Positions 9,092-18,317 of a DNA stretch of 64,000 nt are shown here, in pieces. The notes below the pieces were generated by a model that did no database searches, was not told the origin of the DNA, and saw nothing but the letters and a program-made list of their open reading frames with translations. The translations under genes were made by a program, and so were the position numbers. Position 1 is the first letter of the stretch. Every line of letters begins with the position of its first letter. Origin of the DNA: Thermoanaerobaculia bacterium (GTDB lineage Bacteria; Acidobacteriota; Thermoanaerobaculia; Multivoradales; JAIOJS01); contig JAUIDB010000001.1 in the NCBI GenBank assembly GCA_030429235.1, forward strand, positions 75,141 through 139,140, read 5' to 3'.

Positions 9092-9377
9092 GCTTCCCCA
9101 GACTCCACACCGTTCAGGGGTGCCGGAGCTGGCCCTCCGCGGGGGGGCTTGCGATCGGGCGAATCGTGGCGGTGGCCGGGCGACAGCCGAGCCCCGGCCC
9201 GACCACGATTCCCCGTCCTAGCGGTCCCCTCCAGCCCCTCGGCGAGGCCCCCTCGGAACCGCGGGAACGCGGCCCGCTCGTCCCCGAAACGCCGACCCTG
9301 AAGGGGCCGATGCCGCCCGCTCCGAGTCTCCGGCGCGACGCCGGACGACCTCTCGGCCGACCGACGGAGACTCCCTG

Positions 9378-10238
9378 ATGACGGTACCCCGCGTCGCCCT
9401 CGGTTCTCTCGACACGCTCTGGTTTCAAGTGGCGGGAACCGTCTGCAATCTGGCCTGCACCCACTGCTTCATCTCCTGCTCGCCGACCAATCGAACCCAC
9501 GACATGATGTCGTTGGAGGAGGTAGCGAGCCACCTGGAAGATGCCACCCGGCTCGGCGTGAAGGAGTACTACTTCACCGGCGGCGAGCCCTTTCTCAACC
9601 CCGAGATGGAGGCGATTCTCGAGGCGACCTTGGCGGTGGGCCCCGCCTCGGTCCTGACCAACGGGTTGCTGCTGGATCCCGCTCGCTGCCAGCGGCTCGC
9701 CGCGCTGGCAGCCGCTAGCGAATACTCGCTGGATCTACGGGTCTCCCTCGATGGTTACACCGCCGAAGGGCACGACGCGATCCGCGGCGAGGGCACCTTC
9801 GATCGCGCCCTCGAAGGAATCCGCCATCTGCATGCAGCGGGACTCGAGCCCGTGATCACCGTCACCGAGGTCTACGACGACAACGGTTCTGTGGCCGGCA
9901 AAGAGCGCTTCTTCTCCCTGATGCGCGAACTGGACATCGAGCACCCGCGTCTCAAGATGATGCCGGTGTTCCAAATCGGCGCCGAAGCGGAGCGGCGCGG
10001 AGCCTACGAAAGCTGGCAACGCCTGCGCGACGAAGACGCTCCGGCCGACGGCTGGGACCACCTCCAGTGCTCGACCTGCCGCATGGTGACCGACCAGGGG
10101 GTCTGGGTGTGCCCGATCTTGGTCAACGAACCCTCCGGCAAGATGGGAGATCGCCTCGCCGACACCCTGGGCGACTTCCCTCTCGCCCACCCCGCCTGCT
10201 GGACCTGCCACGTCTACGGGGTGACCTGCCGCACTTAG
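9378..10238 (+). CDS. Radical SAM enzyme with Cys-rich C-terminal domain (possibly ArsS-related)
   Basis: 286 aa. It has a CxxxCxxC cluster (CNLACTHC), a GGEP SAM-binding motif (YYFTGGEPFLNPEM) and a Cys-rich tail (HLQCSTCRMVTDQGVWVCPILV...HPACWTCHVYGVTCRT). Confidence 0.75.
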   Translation: MTVPRVALGSLDTLWFQVAGTVCNLACTHCFISCSPTNRTHDMMSLEEVASHLEDATRLGVKEYYFTGGEPFLNPEMEAILEATLAVGPASVLTNGLLLDPARCQRLAALAAASEYSLDLRVSLDGYTAEGHDAIRGEGTFDRALEGIRHLHAAGLEPVITVTEVYDDNGSVAGKERFFSLMRELDIEHPRLKMMPVFQIGAEAERRGAYESWQRLRDEDAPADGWDHLQCSTCRMVTDQGVWVCPILVNEPSGKMGDRLADTLGDFPLAHPACWTCHVYGVTCRT

Positions 10239-10252
10239 TACGAGGAGAGATC

Positions 10253-11287
10253 GTGTCGCAACGCATACCCGAGGATCCCGATCTGCAGGCTCGACGCGCC
10301 GCCCAGCGCGCTCGCCTCGCCGCCCACCGTGGGCTCGCCACCTGGGGAGAGCGCCTGGTGCCCCTCGCCACCTTCCAAGCGGCATCGGCCCGCGCCGGTC
10401 GCTCCCTCGATTCCGCCGCGCGCGACGCCGCCGTCGCGTCGTTTCTCGCCCCGAGGAGCGATCCGACCCCCGTCGAGGGGCCCTTCCGTCGCATCGCGGT
10501 GTGCGGTGGCGTCTACAACAACCACTACGCCTTGGCCGCCTGGATCACGGCGGCGCGGCAGCGCGGAGCAGAAGCCCTGTACTGCCTGGGAGACCTCGGG
10601 GGCTTCGGACCCTCGCCCCACAAGGTCTGGCCGCTTCTGGAAGAGCATCGGGTCCGGGTCAGCCAGGGCAACTACGAGCAGTCCCTGGCGAGTGGTCGCG
10701 AAGACTGCAACTGCGGCTACACCGACCCCCGCGACAACCACTTCGCTCGCCTCTCCTACGAGTACACCGCGCAGCGCTGCTCGGCCGCCTTCAAGCAGTG
10801 GATGGGCGAGCTGCCGGAGCGGCGACGGGTGGCCTTGCACTCCCCCTCCGGGAGGCGGCGGGAACTTCTGTTGGTGCACGGCTCACCGCGCCGGGTCAAC
10901 GAGTTCCTGTTCGAGAGTACGACGCCGGCGCCCTACCTCGAGGCCCTGCTCGACCAGCAACAGGCCGACGCCGTGCTCTGCACGCACTCGGGGCTGCACT
11001 GGCACCGACCTCTGCCCTCCGGTCGCGACCTGGTCAACGTCGGGGTTCTCGGACGCCCCGCCAACGACGGTCGCACCGAGGTCTGGTTCGCGCTGCTCGA
11101 ACTCGACGAGCCCAGCGGAGACCTGCAGGTCGAACTCTGCCCCCTGCCCTACGACCACCTGGCGCTGGCCACCGAGATGCGCCACGAACGGCTGCCCGAA
11201 GAGTTCGTAGCGACCATCGAACAGGGCTGGTGGACGACCTGCCTCGAGATCTTGCCGGCCCGCGAGCGCGCGCGGGGCCGTTTCTGA
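10253..11287 (+). CDS. Calcineurin-like metallophosphoesterase
   Basis: ORF 10067..11287. GTG 10253 is preceded by AGGAGAG. Motifs: IAVCGGVYNNHYAL, CLGDLGGFGP, VSQGNYE, LLLVHGSPR and VLCTHSGLHW, which correspond to the DxH/GD/GNH/H/GH phosphoesterase signature series. Confidence 0.7.
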   Translation: MSQRIPEDPDLQARRAAQRARLAAHRGLATWGERLVPLATFQAASARAGRSLDSAARDAAVASFLAPRSDPTPVEGPFRRIAVCGGVYNNHYALAAWITAARQRGAEALYCLGDLGGFGPSPHKVWPLLEEHRVRVSQGNYEQSLASGREDCNCGYTDPRDNHFARLSYEYTAQRCSAAFKQWMGELPERRRVALHSPSGRRRELLLVHGSPRRVNEFLFESTTPAPYLEALLDQQQADAVLCTHSGLHWHRPLPSGRDLVNVGVLGRPANDGRTEVWFALLELDEPSGDLQVELCPLPYDHLALATEMRHERLPEEFVATIEQGWWTTCLEILPARERARGRF

Positions 11288-11318
11288 AACCCAATACGAG
11301 CCCTACCGAAGGAGCATC

Positions 11319-12536
11319 ATGGCCCCTCCTACCCTGACCCCTGACCTCCCCCTGGCGATCCTCGGCGCCGGCCCGATCGGGCTCGAGGCGGCCCTGGCGG
11401 CGGCGCAGGCGAGCCTGCCGTTCGTGGTCCTGGAGGCCGGCGACGAAGTGGCCTCCCACGTCGCCGACTGGGGGCATGTGCACCTCTTCACCCCCTGGTC
11501 GATGAGCGTCTCGCCCCGCATGCGCCAGCGACTCGCGACCCGCGGCCTGGCTCCACCCAACGACGACGAGTGTCCGACCGGCGACGCCCTGCGGCAGAGG
11601 GTCCTCCTACCGGTGGCCACCGACCCCTCGATCGCCCCCCACCTGCGCCTCGGGACGCGCGTCGTCTCGATCGGCCGACAGGGACTGCTCAAACACCAGG
11701 AGATCGCTACTGCGGCCCGCGCCGCCCGCCCGTTCAGGCTGCTCCTGGAAACGGCGGAGGGCGAAGAGATCCTGCTCGCCGGTGCCGTCCTCGATTGCAC
11801 CGGAAGCTGGAGCTCGCCCCACCGGCTCGGCGATGGCGGGTTGCCTGCCCCCGGCGAACGCCGTCTCGAAGACCAAATCTGTCGACGGATCCCCGACCTC
11901 GTCCGCGACGCCACCGACTGGGTCGGCCGGCGCATCCTGCTGGTCGGAGGGGGCCATTCCGCGCAGACTGCGGCCCGCGACCTGGCACAGCTGGCGACCG
12001 AGCACCCGGCGACCCAGATCCTCTGGGCGCTGCGCGACGAGCGACCGCAGTTCGCGCCGCTGGTCGACGACCCGCTGCCCGCGCGGCGGGCCCTCGGCGA
12101 GGATGCCGCTCGACTGTTCGCCGGCGGTTGTCCCTCCCTGGCGGTACGCACCGGCGTCGTCGTGGAGGCGTTGGCCGCACACGACGGCGCGATCCACGCC
12201 ACCCTGAGGGGGCCCGGCGAGCGGACGGAGACCGTGACCGTCGACCGGATCGTGAGCCTGGTCGGGGCGACCGGTGATGCCTCGCTCTATCGGCAACTGC
12301 AGATTCACGAGTGCTACGCCACGTCGGGTCCGATGAAGCTCGCCGCGGCGTTGCTCGGAGCTGCCGGCGGGGACTGCCTCGAGCAGACCTCCCACGGCGT
12401 CGAGGCCCTGCGGTCGCCGGAACCCAACTTCTTCGTCCTCGGAATCAAGTCGTACGGTCGGAACAACACCTTCCTGCTGCGCGTCGGCTGGGAACAGGTC
12501 GACGAGGTGATCGCCGAGCTCGCCTCGGTCGGCTGA
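11319..12536 (+). CDS. FAD/NAD(P)-binding oxidoreductase (two dinucleotide-binding domains)
   Basis: 405 aa. It has an N-terminal GxGxxG (LAILGAGPIGLEAAL) and a second Rossmann motif (ILLVGGGHSAQTAARDL). Confidence 0.7.
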   Translation: MAPPTLTPDLPLAILGAGPIGLEAALAAAQASLPFVVLEAGDEVASHVADWGHVHLFTPWSMSVSPRMRQRLATRGLAPPNDDECPTGDALRQRVLLPVATDPSIAPHLRLGTRVVSIGRQGLLKHQEIATAARAARPFRLLLETAEGEEILLAGAVLDCTGSWSSPHRLGDGGLPAPGERRLEDQICRRIPDLVRDATDWVGRRILLVGGGHSAQTAARDLAQLATEHPATQILWALRDERPQFAPLVDDPLPARRALGEDAARLFAGGCPSLAVRTGVVVEALAAHDGAIHATLRGPGERTETVTVDRIVSLVGATGDASLYRQLQIHECYATSGPMKLAAALLGAAGGDCLEQTSHGVEALRSPEPNFFVLGIKSYGRNNTFLLRVGWEQVDEVIAELASVG

Positions 12537-12568
12537 TGCCTCGGTGGGCGTGATACCCTGCCCGCCGC

Positions 12569-13663
12569 ATGCGAATCTGGAGCCCGTCCCAACCTCCTCA
12601 CCAAGCCGCCGGCGGCGTCGGGGTGTTGGTCACCAACCTCGGAACCCCGGACGCGCCGACGGCTCCGGCGCTGCGTCGCTACCTGCGGCAGTTCCTCTCG
12701 GACCACCGGGTCATCGATCTCCCCCGCTGGAAGTGGTGGCCGATCCTCCACCTGTTCGTCCTCACCACCCGGCCCCGTCGGTCGGCGGCCCTCTACCGGG
12801 AGATCTGGACCGAGCAGGGGTCGCCGCTCCTCCTCGGCACCCAGCGGGTCGCGGCCGCGTTGCAAGAAGAGCTCGCGCGCCGCCTGGATGGTGACGTCGC
12901 CACCACGATCGGCATGCGCTACGGCAACCCGTCGATCCGCCGTGGGCTGCGGCAATTGGCCGAACAGGGTTGCGACCGCATCCTGGTGCTTCCCCTCTAC
13001 CCCCACTACTCCGCCACCTCGACCGCATCGACCTACGACGCGATCTTCGCCGAGCTCGCCACCTGGCGCCGACAGCCCGAATTGCGCACCATCCACGGGT
13101 TCCACGACGAACCGGGATTGGTCGAGGCGCTGGCCGCTTCGGTGCGAGAGGTCTGGGCCGAGGGTGGGCCGCCCGACCAGCTCCTCCTCTCGTACCACGG
13201 CATCCCACGCCGCTACTTCGACGAGGGCGATCCCTACTTCTGCCTCTGCCACAAGACCTCTCGCCTGCTCGCCGAGGCTCTCGAGCTGGCACCGGGGCGG
13301 TACCAGACCACCTTCCAGAGTCTCTTCGGCAAGGAGGAGTGGCTGAAGCCCTACACTGACGAGACGGTGGCCGCTTTGGGTCGGGGCGGCGGCAGCCTCG
13401 ACGTGATCTGCCCCGGCTTCTCGCTCGACTGCCTCGAGACCCTGGAGGAGATCGACGGCCTGAACCGGAAGATCTTCGCCGAAGCCGGCGGTGGCCGATT
13501 CCGCTTCATCCCCTGCCTCAACGACCGACCCGACCACCTTCGGTTCCTCGCCGATCTGGCCGAGCGCCACCTCTCCGGCTGGACCGTCCGCTCAGCGTCG
13601 GAGCGGCGTACCGCCGGTCGCGCCTCGGCCGAGCGGGCCCAGGCTCTCGCCCGGACCTCCTGA
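12569..13663 (+). CDS. hemH: Ferrochelatase
   Basis: 364 aa. GVLVTNLGTPDAPTAPALRRYLRQFLSDHRVIDLPRWKWWPIL...LVLPLYPHYSATSTAS...LLLSYHGIPRRY...EEWLKPYTDE are typical HemH blocks. Confidence 0.85.
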   Translation: MRIWSPSQPPHQAAGGVGVLVTNLGTPDAPTAPALRRYLRQFLSDHRVIDLPRWKWWPILHLFVLTTRPRRSAALYREIWTEQGSPLLLGTQRVAAALQEELARRLDGDVATTIGMRYGNPSIRRGLRQLAEQGCDRILVLPLYPHYSATSTASTYDAIFAELATWRRQPELRTIHGFHDEPGLVEALAASVREVWAEGGPPDQLLLSYHGIPRRYFDEGDPYFCLCHKTSRLLAEALELAPGRYQTTFQSLFGKEEWLKPYTDETVAALGRGGGSLDVICPGFSLDCLETLEEIDGLNRKIFAEAGGGRFRFIPCLNDRPDHLRFLADLAERHLSGWTVRSASERRTAGRASAERAQALARTS

Positions 13664-13684
13664 CCCCGGTCGACGGATCGCGGC

Positions 13685-14419
13685 TCAGCGGGGTTCGGCC
13701 CGCGCCAGTTCGCTCTGGAAGTCGGGGCGCGAGGTGCTGAGGATCATCATCTTCTGCCAGATCTTGCGCGACTGGCTGTCGGTCAGGGCCTCGATCTCGT
13801 CGACCGCCGCCAGCGCCACCGAATCATCGAAACTCTGCGCGTAGAGCGCGGCGATCTTGGAGAGATGCGACAGGAGCTCCGAGCAGTAATCGAGGTACCG
13901 GGAGAGCTGAAAGGGCGTGAGCAGGCGCTCCGGCGACGACGCCGTGTCTTCACCGGGGAAGAGGATGCGCTCCGGGTCCTTGGTCAGTTGGTGCATGTCG
14001 ATGACGTGGGCCAACGAGCGCAGCTCGTGCAGGGCGCGCAAGGCGCGCTGCCGTTTGACCCTGACCTCGACCGTGACCAGAAACACGATCGCCGCCCCGA
14101 TCAGGATCACGTCGTTGATGCCGGCCTCGACGACCTGCAGAAAAAAGGCCAGGTCGCGCAGCTCCTCGCCGCTCGGCCGGAGGTTGACCAGCACCAGACC
14201 CAGGGCGGCGATCATCGCAGCCGCGAAGGTCCAGGTCGCCAGTCGCAAGGGGTAGATCGGACGGGCGATGGCCCGCGACGTCTCCCGGGCGGCGCGGGCG
14301 ACATCGAGGACCTCGGAAGAGACCGCGGCCAGACCAGACCCCGGAAAGCGCTCGCTGATTCGAGCGGTCAGCGTGCGCAGAGTGCGCACGATCGGGTCGG
14401 CCTGCAGTTCGCGGTACAT
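13685..14419 (-). CDS. Hypothetical membrane protein
   Basis: 244-aa ORF with ordinary composition and two clear hydrophobic spans (WTFAAAMIAALGLVLVNL, VILIGAAIVFLVTV). Family not recognised. Confidence 0.5.
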   Translation of the reverse strand: MYRELQADPIVRTLRTLTARISERFPGSGLAAVSSEVLDVARAARETSRAIARPIYPLRLATWTFAAAMIAALGLVLVNLRPSGEELRDLAFFLQVVEAGINDVILIGAAIVFLVTVEVRVKRQRALRALHELRSLAHVIDMHQLTKDPERILFPGEDTASSPERLLTPFQLSRYLDYCSELLSHLSKIAALYAQSFDDSVALAAVDEIEALTDSQSRKIWQKMMILSTSRPDFQSELARAEPR

Positions 14420-14454
14420 CGCCGCCCAGTCTACCCGGCGAAACGCCGGCGAGC

Positions 14455-15195
14455 TTGTGCCATGATCGGCCCGTGGCTCTTCCCTCCGCAGCGCGCGGCC
14501 CCATCGGCTCGATCCTGGCCGGGGCGGCCTCGCTCCTCCTCCTCGTCAGCTCCCTTGCCGGCCGGCTGCCGGCCGAACTCGGCGACTCTCTCGAGGTGGT
14601 GGCGGTCCTCACCGGAGCCTGGAGCGTCTGGCTGCTCGCTAGCAACCGCGTCACGGGCTGGTGGTTGGCGGTGGTCAGCAATGCCCTCTTCGGGGTGGTC
14701 TTCTTTCGCGTCGAACTGTTCGCGGAGGTTGGCATCCAGCTCTTCTACGGCGTCACCGGACTGCAGGCGATCTGGCTCTGGCGCCACGACTCCGGAGGAG
14801 CCCCCAAGACAGGGTCCACCCGCGAGCGTCCGGTAGGACGGGTCTCGCCCCGACTCTGGATCATCGCTTTGGTGGCGGGACTCTTGGCCTGGGTGCTGCT
14901 GCGTCACCTTCTCCAGGAGATCGGAGGCGCTGCCCCCACCTGGGACGCTCTCACCACGGTCCTCTCCTTGATCGCCCACCTCTTTCTGATGTGGCGGCTG
15001 GTCGACTCCTGGATCCTGTGGATCGTGGTCGACCTGATCTACATGCCGTTGTACATCTCGCGCGGCCTCGAGCTGACCGCCGGGCTGTACTTCGTCTTCC
15101 TGCTGCTGTCGATCGCCGGTTTGCGCCGCTTCTACCGAGAGTGGCGCCAGCGGACCAGCGCCCCTACCACCACCCTGGCCAGTCCCCACCGCTAG
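14455..15195 (+). CDS. pnuC: Nicotinamide riboside transporter PnuC-family protein
   Basis: 246-aa multi-TM protein. WSVWLLASNRVTGWWLAVVSNALFGVVFF...FAEVGIQLFYGVTGLQAIWLW...WRLVDSWILWIVVDLIYMPLYISRGL resembles the conserved PnuC W/N-rich helices. TTG start is uncertain. Confidence 0.65.
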   Translation: MCHDRPVALPSAARGPIGSILAGAASLLLLVSSLAGRLPAELGDSLEVVAVLTGAWSVWLLASNRVTGWWLAVVSNALFGVVFFRVELFAEVGIQLFYGVTGLQAIWLWRHDSGGAPKTGSTRERPVGRVSPRLWIIALVAGLLAWVLLRHLLQEIGGAAPTWDALTTVLSLIAHLFLMWRLVDSWILWIVVDLIYMPLYISRGLELTAGLYFVFLLLSIAGLRRFYREWRQRTSAPTTTLASPHR

Positions 15196-15203
15196 GTGGC
15201 TTC

Positions 15204-15881
15204 TCAGCTCGCGGCGTAGCGTGCACTCCGCTCTCGCAACCAGCCGGGGAGCTCGGCCACGCCGGCGAGGATGGCCTGGGCTCCGTAGCCCCGCAACGCC
15301 GCCTCCGGTGCCGCTCCCGAGGTGAGGCCGACGGCGTCGACTCCGGCGTTCTCCGCCATCCCCAGGTCATGCGGCGTATCTCCGACCAGGAGTGCCGCCG
15401 ACGCCTGGACACCCAGTTCGTCGAGAATCTCCTCGACCATCAATGGGTGCGGTTTCGACAGGGTTTCGTCGGCGGTGCGGGAGGCGTGGAAGTAGCTCTC
15501 CAGGCCGGTGCGCTCGAAGTCCCGACGTAAACCCCGGCGGCTCTTCGCGGTGGCCACGGCCAACAAGTAGTCGGCGGCGGCGAGTTCCTCCAGAACCCCT
15601 TGGCTGGCGGCAAAGGGCTGTGAGGTCGCGTGAAACTCCTGAACCCAGTGCTGTCGATAGGCTTCGGCGAGTCGCCGAGCATCGACCGGCGTGTCGGGAA
15701 AGAAACGGCGCATCGACTCGTCGAGCCCGAGACCGATGGCCTCCGCGATGCGCTCGCGGGGAGGCTCCTGCACCGCGATGGTCCGACACGCAGCCAGCGT
15801 ACAGTCGACGATGGCGGCGATCGAATCGACCAGGGTGCCATCCCAGTCGAAAATGATCAGTTCGTAGGGGCGTCGACTCAT
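15204..15881 (-). CDS. HAD-superfamily hydrolase (phosphoglycolate phosphatase-like)
   Basis: Uses the internal ATG 15881 preceded by GGAGG (MSRRPYELIIFDWDGTLVDS). HAD motifs are present: DWDGT, ATAKS, KPHP and VGDTPHDLGMA. ATGA overlap with the upstream M23 gene stop. Confidence 0.8.
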   Translation of the reverse strand: MSRRPYELIIFDWDGTLVDSIAAIVDCTLAACRTIAVQEPPRERIAEAIGLGLDESMRRFFPDTPVDARRLAEAYRQHWVQEFHATSQPFAASQGVLEELAAADYLLAVATAKSRRGLRRDFERTGLESYFHASRTADETLSKPHPLMVEEILDELGVQASAALLVGDTPHDLGMAENAGVDAVGLTSGAAPEAALRGYGAQAILAGVAELPGWLRERSARYAAS

Positions 15882-17284
15882 CTCGCCTCCATTCCCAAAG
15901 GGAGGTTGGGGCCCAGTTTCGACCCCAGGTGGGTTTCGATCCAACGGCGATCCCACCACTCGAGAGGATCGACCGGCAGACCGCGGAGCAGGGTGGCAAA
16001 GTGGAGGTGGTCTCCTCCGGCCAGTCCGGTGGTCCCGGTACGGCCGAGGGTTTGGCCCCGCGTCACCGTTTGGCCCGTCGCGACCTCCAGGCTGGAGAGG
16101 TGAGCGTACAGGGTGAGGAGCCCGTAGCCGTGGTCGAGGACGACCACGTTGCCGTAGATTCCCAGATAGTCGGCCAGGAGCACCCGGCCGGCGTTCGCGG
16201 CCGGCACCTCGGCCCGCGCTACCGACGCCAGGTCGTATCCCAGATGGACCTGCTGGTCGACCGTGCTTCCCTGGTACCGGTAGTCGCGGCGCCGGGCGAA
16301 GGCATCCATCACCTGACCACCGGGGAAGGGTAGGAACGGCTCGCTCCAGAGGAAGGCCTCGGCGGACTGTGCACCCAGCTCGACGAGCCGGGCCCGGTTC
16401 TCGGCCCGAAGTCGACCGTTGATCTCGAGATAGGTGGCCAGGGGAGTCTCGAGCGGCTCCAGGCCGGGGACGCGCGCCACGATCGGGGGCACCACTCGCT
16501 CGAGAAAACGGTCCGACAGCTGGATGGTCGAAGTACCGACGGGCTTCGGCGTGAAGTGATCGACGAAGGGGACCTCCGCTCGGTTGCCCAGAGCGTCCTC
16601 GGCCGTGAGTCGCAACGAGTCGCCGCGGTCGTCGTCCCAGGGGGCCGAGAAAAGGGCAAAGAACTGCCCCGCCTCACCGGCGAGAGAGCTGCCGGGAAAC
16701 CAGTGGTCGCCGGCGCGCACCCCGTGCCGCACCGCCCGCTCGCCGACGCGGTAGACCACCGCCTCGCTGCCTCCCTGGCGCACTCGCACGCCGACCGAAA
16801 GGACCTCCAGCCGCGGCGGGGTCACCTGGACGGTGACCACCTGGAGCTGTTCGCTCGGCGCTGGCTGACGCCAGCGCCCGGCGTGGCGGGTTGCCCGGAC
16901 CACGACCTCTGCCTCGCCGTCGACCAACCAACTCTGCCGTCGATGTCCTACTTCGGCCGTGACCGACGATCGCGCCGTCTTGTCGCCCCAGGGCCAGAGC
17001 AGGGAACGAGGCGCGTACTTCTCGGCCGCCACGACCCGCTGCTCCCCGGCCTGGCGCAGGATCACCTCGACCGAACTCAGCCCGAAGCGTGGTTCGCTGG
17101 CGACGGCGGTGACCTGGGCTTCCGGGCCGATCCCGTCGGGCGCGATGGAGAGGGCCAGCTGCGGGGCCGGGGCTTGCCCGAAGAGGTACCAGGTCGTGAC
17201 CAGGAGGACGACCAGGAGCAGGACCCGGAGACGCCGGCGGGGCCGAGGAGCCGTACCGGTTCGGAGAGAGCGTTTGCGAAGCAT
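15878..17284 (-). CDS. M23-family (LytM-type) metalloendopeptidase with N-terminal membrane anchor
   Basis: ORF 15878..17647. ATG 17284 (MLRKRSLRTGTAPRPRRRLRVLLLVVLLVTTWYLF) gives a signal anchor. The C-terminus (HLGYDLAS...GNVVVLDHGYGLLTLYAHLS...GRTGTTGLAGGDHLHF) carries the M23 HxxxD / HxH motifs. Confidence 0.8.
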   Translation of the reverse strand: MLRKRSLRTGTAPRPRRRLRVLLLVVLLVTTWYLFGQAPAPQLALSIAPDGIGPEAQVTAVASEPRFGLSSVEVILRQAGEQRVVAAEKYAPRSLLWPWGDKTARSSVTAEVGHRRQSWLVDGEAEVVVRATRHAGRWRQPAPSEQLQVVTVQVTPPRLEVLSVGVRVRQGGSEAVVYRVGERAVRHGVRAGDHWFPGSSLAGEAGQFFALFSAPWDDDRGDSLRLTAEDALGNRAEVPFVDHFTPKPVGTSTIQLSDRFLERVVPPIVARVPGLEPLETPLATYLEINGRLRAENRARLVELGAQSAEAFLWSEPFLPFPGGQVMDAFARRRDYRYQGSTVDQQVHLGYDLASVARAEVPAANAGRVLLADYLGIYGNVVVLDHGYGLLTLYAHLSSLEVATGQTVTRGQTLGRTGTTGLAGGDHLHFATLLRGLPVDPLEWWDRRWIETHLGSKLGPNLPLGMEAR

Positions 17285-17477
17285 GGGTGCGACAGGGGAC
17301 TTGGTGTAGTTGGTGGTCGGCGGGCAGGGGCGACGCCCCACCGCGCGGGTTCCGCCGATCCTACCCGGTTTCGACCCGGCCCGACTGCGCCGCGCACCAC
17401 AGCCCTGCGGCACCGCGGCGGCCCGGTCTGCAGTGCAATAATGGCCCCAGCCACCACCGAGCCCGCGACGAGAATCC

Positions 17478-18260
17478 GTGTCGAGCCACTCCATCCCACC
17501 GTCTTCCGACGCCACCGAACCCGCCAGGGCACCGTCGCCCGACCTCTGTCCGAATTGCGAAGGCTCGCTGCACGGAGAGTTCTGCTCGACCTGCGGGCAA
17601 CGACGACCGACGAGGATCGCTCTCGACACCGTCGTCGCCGGCCTCAAGGAGCAGATCGCCGGGCTCGACTTTCACTGGCTCCACACCATCCGTTCGCTCT
17701 GGTGCTCCCCCGGCGCCATGTTGCGCGACTATCTGCGGGGACGCCGCGCCCCCTTCACCCACCCCGTCAAGCTGCTCTTCCTCTCGGCCACCCTCTACCT
17801 GGTGGTGGTCAGCCTGCTCGGCGTCGAGGTCAGTCGCGATGCCGCCACGCAACGCACGGCGACCGCGGTGGTTGCCCTCATCAACTACCTCGTCTTCCTG
17901 CTCCTCGTACCGGTGGCCTGGTTGCTCCGACGGCTCTTCGCATCGAGTGGCATCAATTGGGCCGAGAGCTACGTCGTCCTCTGCTACCTCTGGAGTGGCT
18001 ATCTCCTGCTCGCCTGCCTCCTGGCGGTGGTCCTCCTCCCCTTCCCGGGCGGCTTTATGGCCGCCCGCACCGGGCTCGGCATCCTCTACGTGACCATCGC
18101 CTTGCGGAGCTTCTTTGGGTGCAGCTGGCCAGCGAGCGCACTCAAGAGCCTGGCGCTCTTCGCCGGCTACTTTCTCACCACGTTCTCGATCCTGTCGGCG
18201 GTGCTCTTGGCCGCTCACGGCCTCGGCTTCGAAGGTCTTCCCCTCGGCCGGCCCTCTTGA
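17478..18260 (+). CDS. DUF3667-like zinc-ribbon membrane protein
   Basis: 260 aa, GTG start. It has an N-terminal CPNC...CSTCGQ zinc ribbon followed by about five TM helices. Family assignment is tentative. Confidence 0.5.
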   Translation: MSSHSIPPSSDATEPARAPSPDLCPNCEGSLHGEFCSTCGQRRPTRIALDTVVAGLKEQIAGLDFHWLHTIRSLWCSPGAMLRDYLRGRRAPFTHPVKLLFLSATLYLVVVSLLGVEVSRDAATQRTATAVVALINYLVFLLLVPVAWLLRRLFASSGINWAESYVVLCYLWSGYLLLACLLAVVLLPFPGGFMAARTGLGILYVTIALRSFFGCSWPASALKSLALFAGYFLTTFSILSAVLLAAHGLGFEGLPLGRPS

Positions 18261-18317
18261 ACCCCTTCGCGAGGGGGGACGGGACTCCGGGGCGGGTGTG
18301 GTAGCTCGGTCGCGGCG

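Noticed and set aside
9089-9300. Possible selenocysteine read-through of the ArsM-like TGA stop (…SDGCG-TGA), given that related radical SAM proteins can be selenoproteins
   Set aside because: I could not fold a convincing bacterial SECIS hairpin immediately downstream. The read-through peptide is Arg/Pro/Gly junk. Known Sec sites in this system are in the radical SAM protein, not the methyltransferase.
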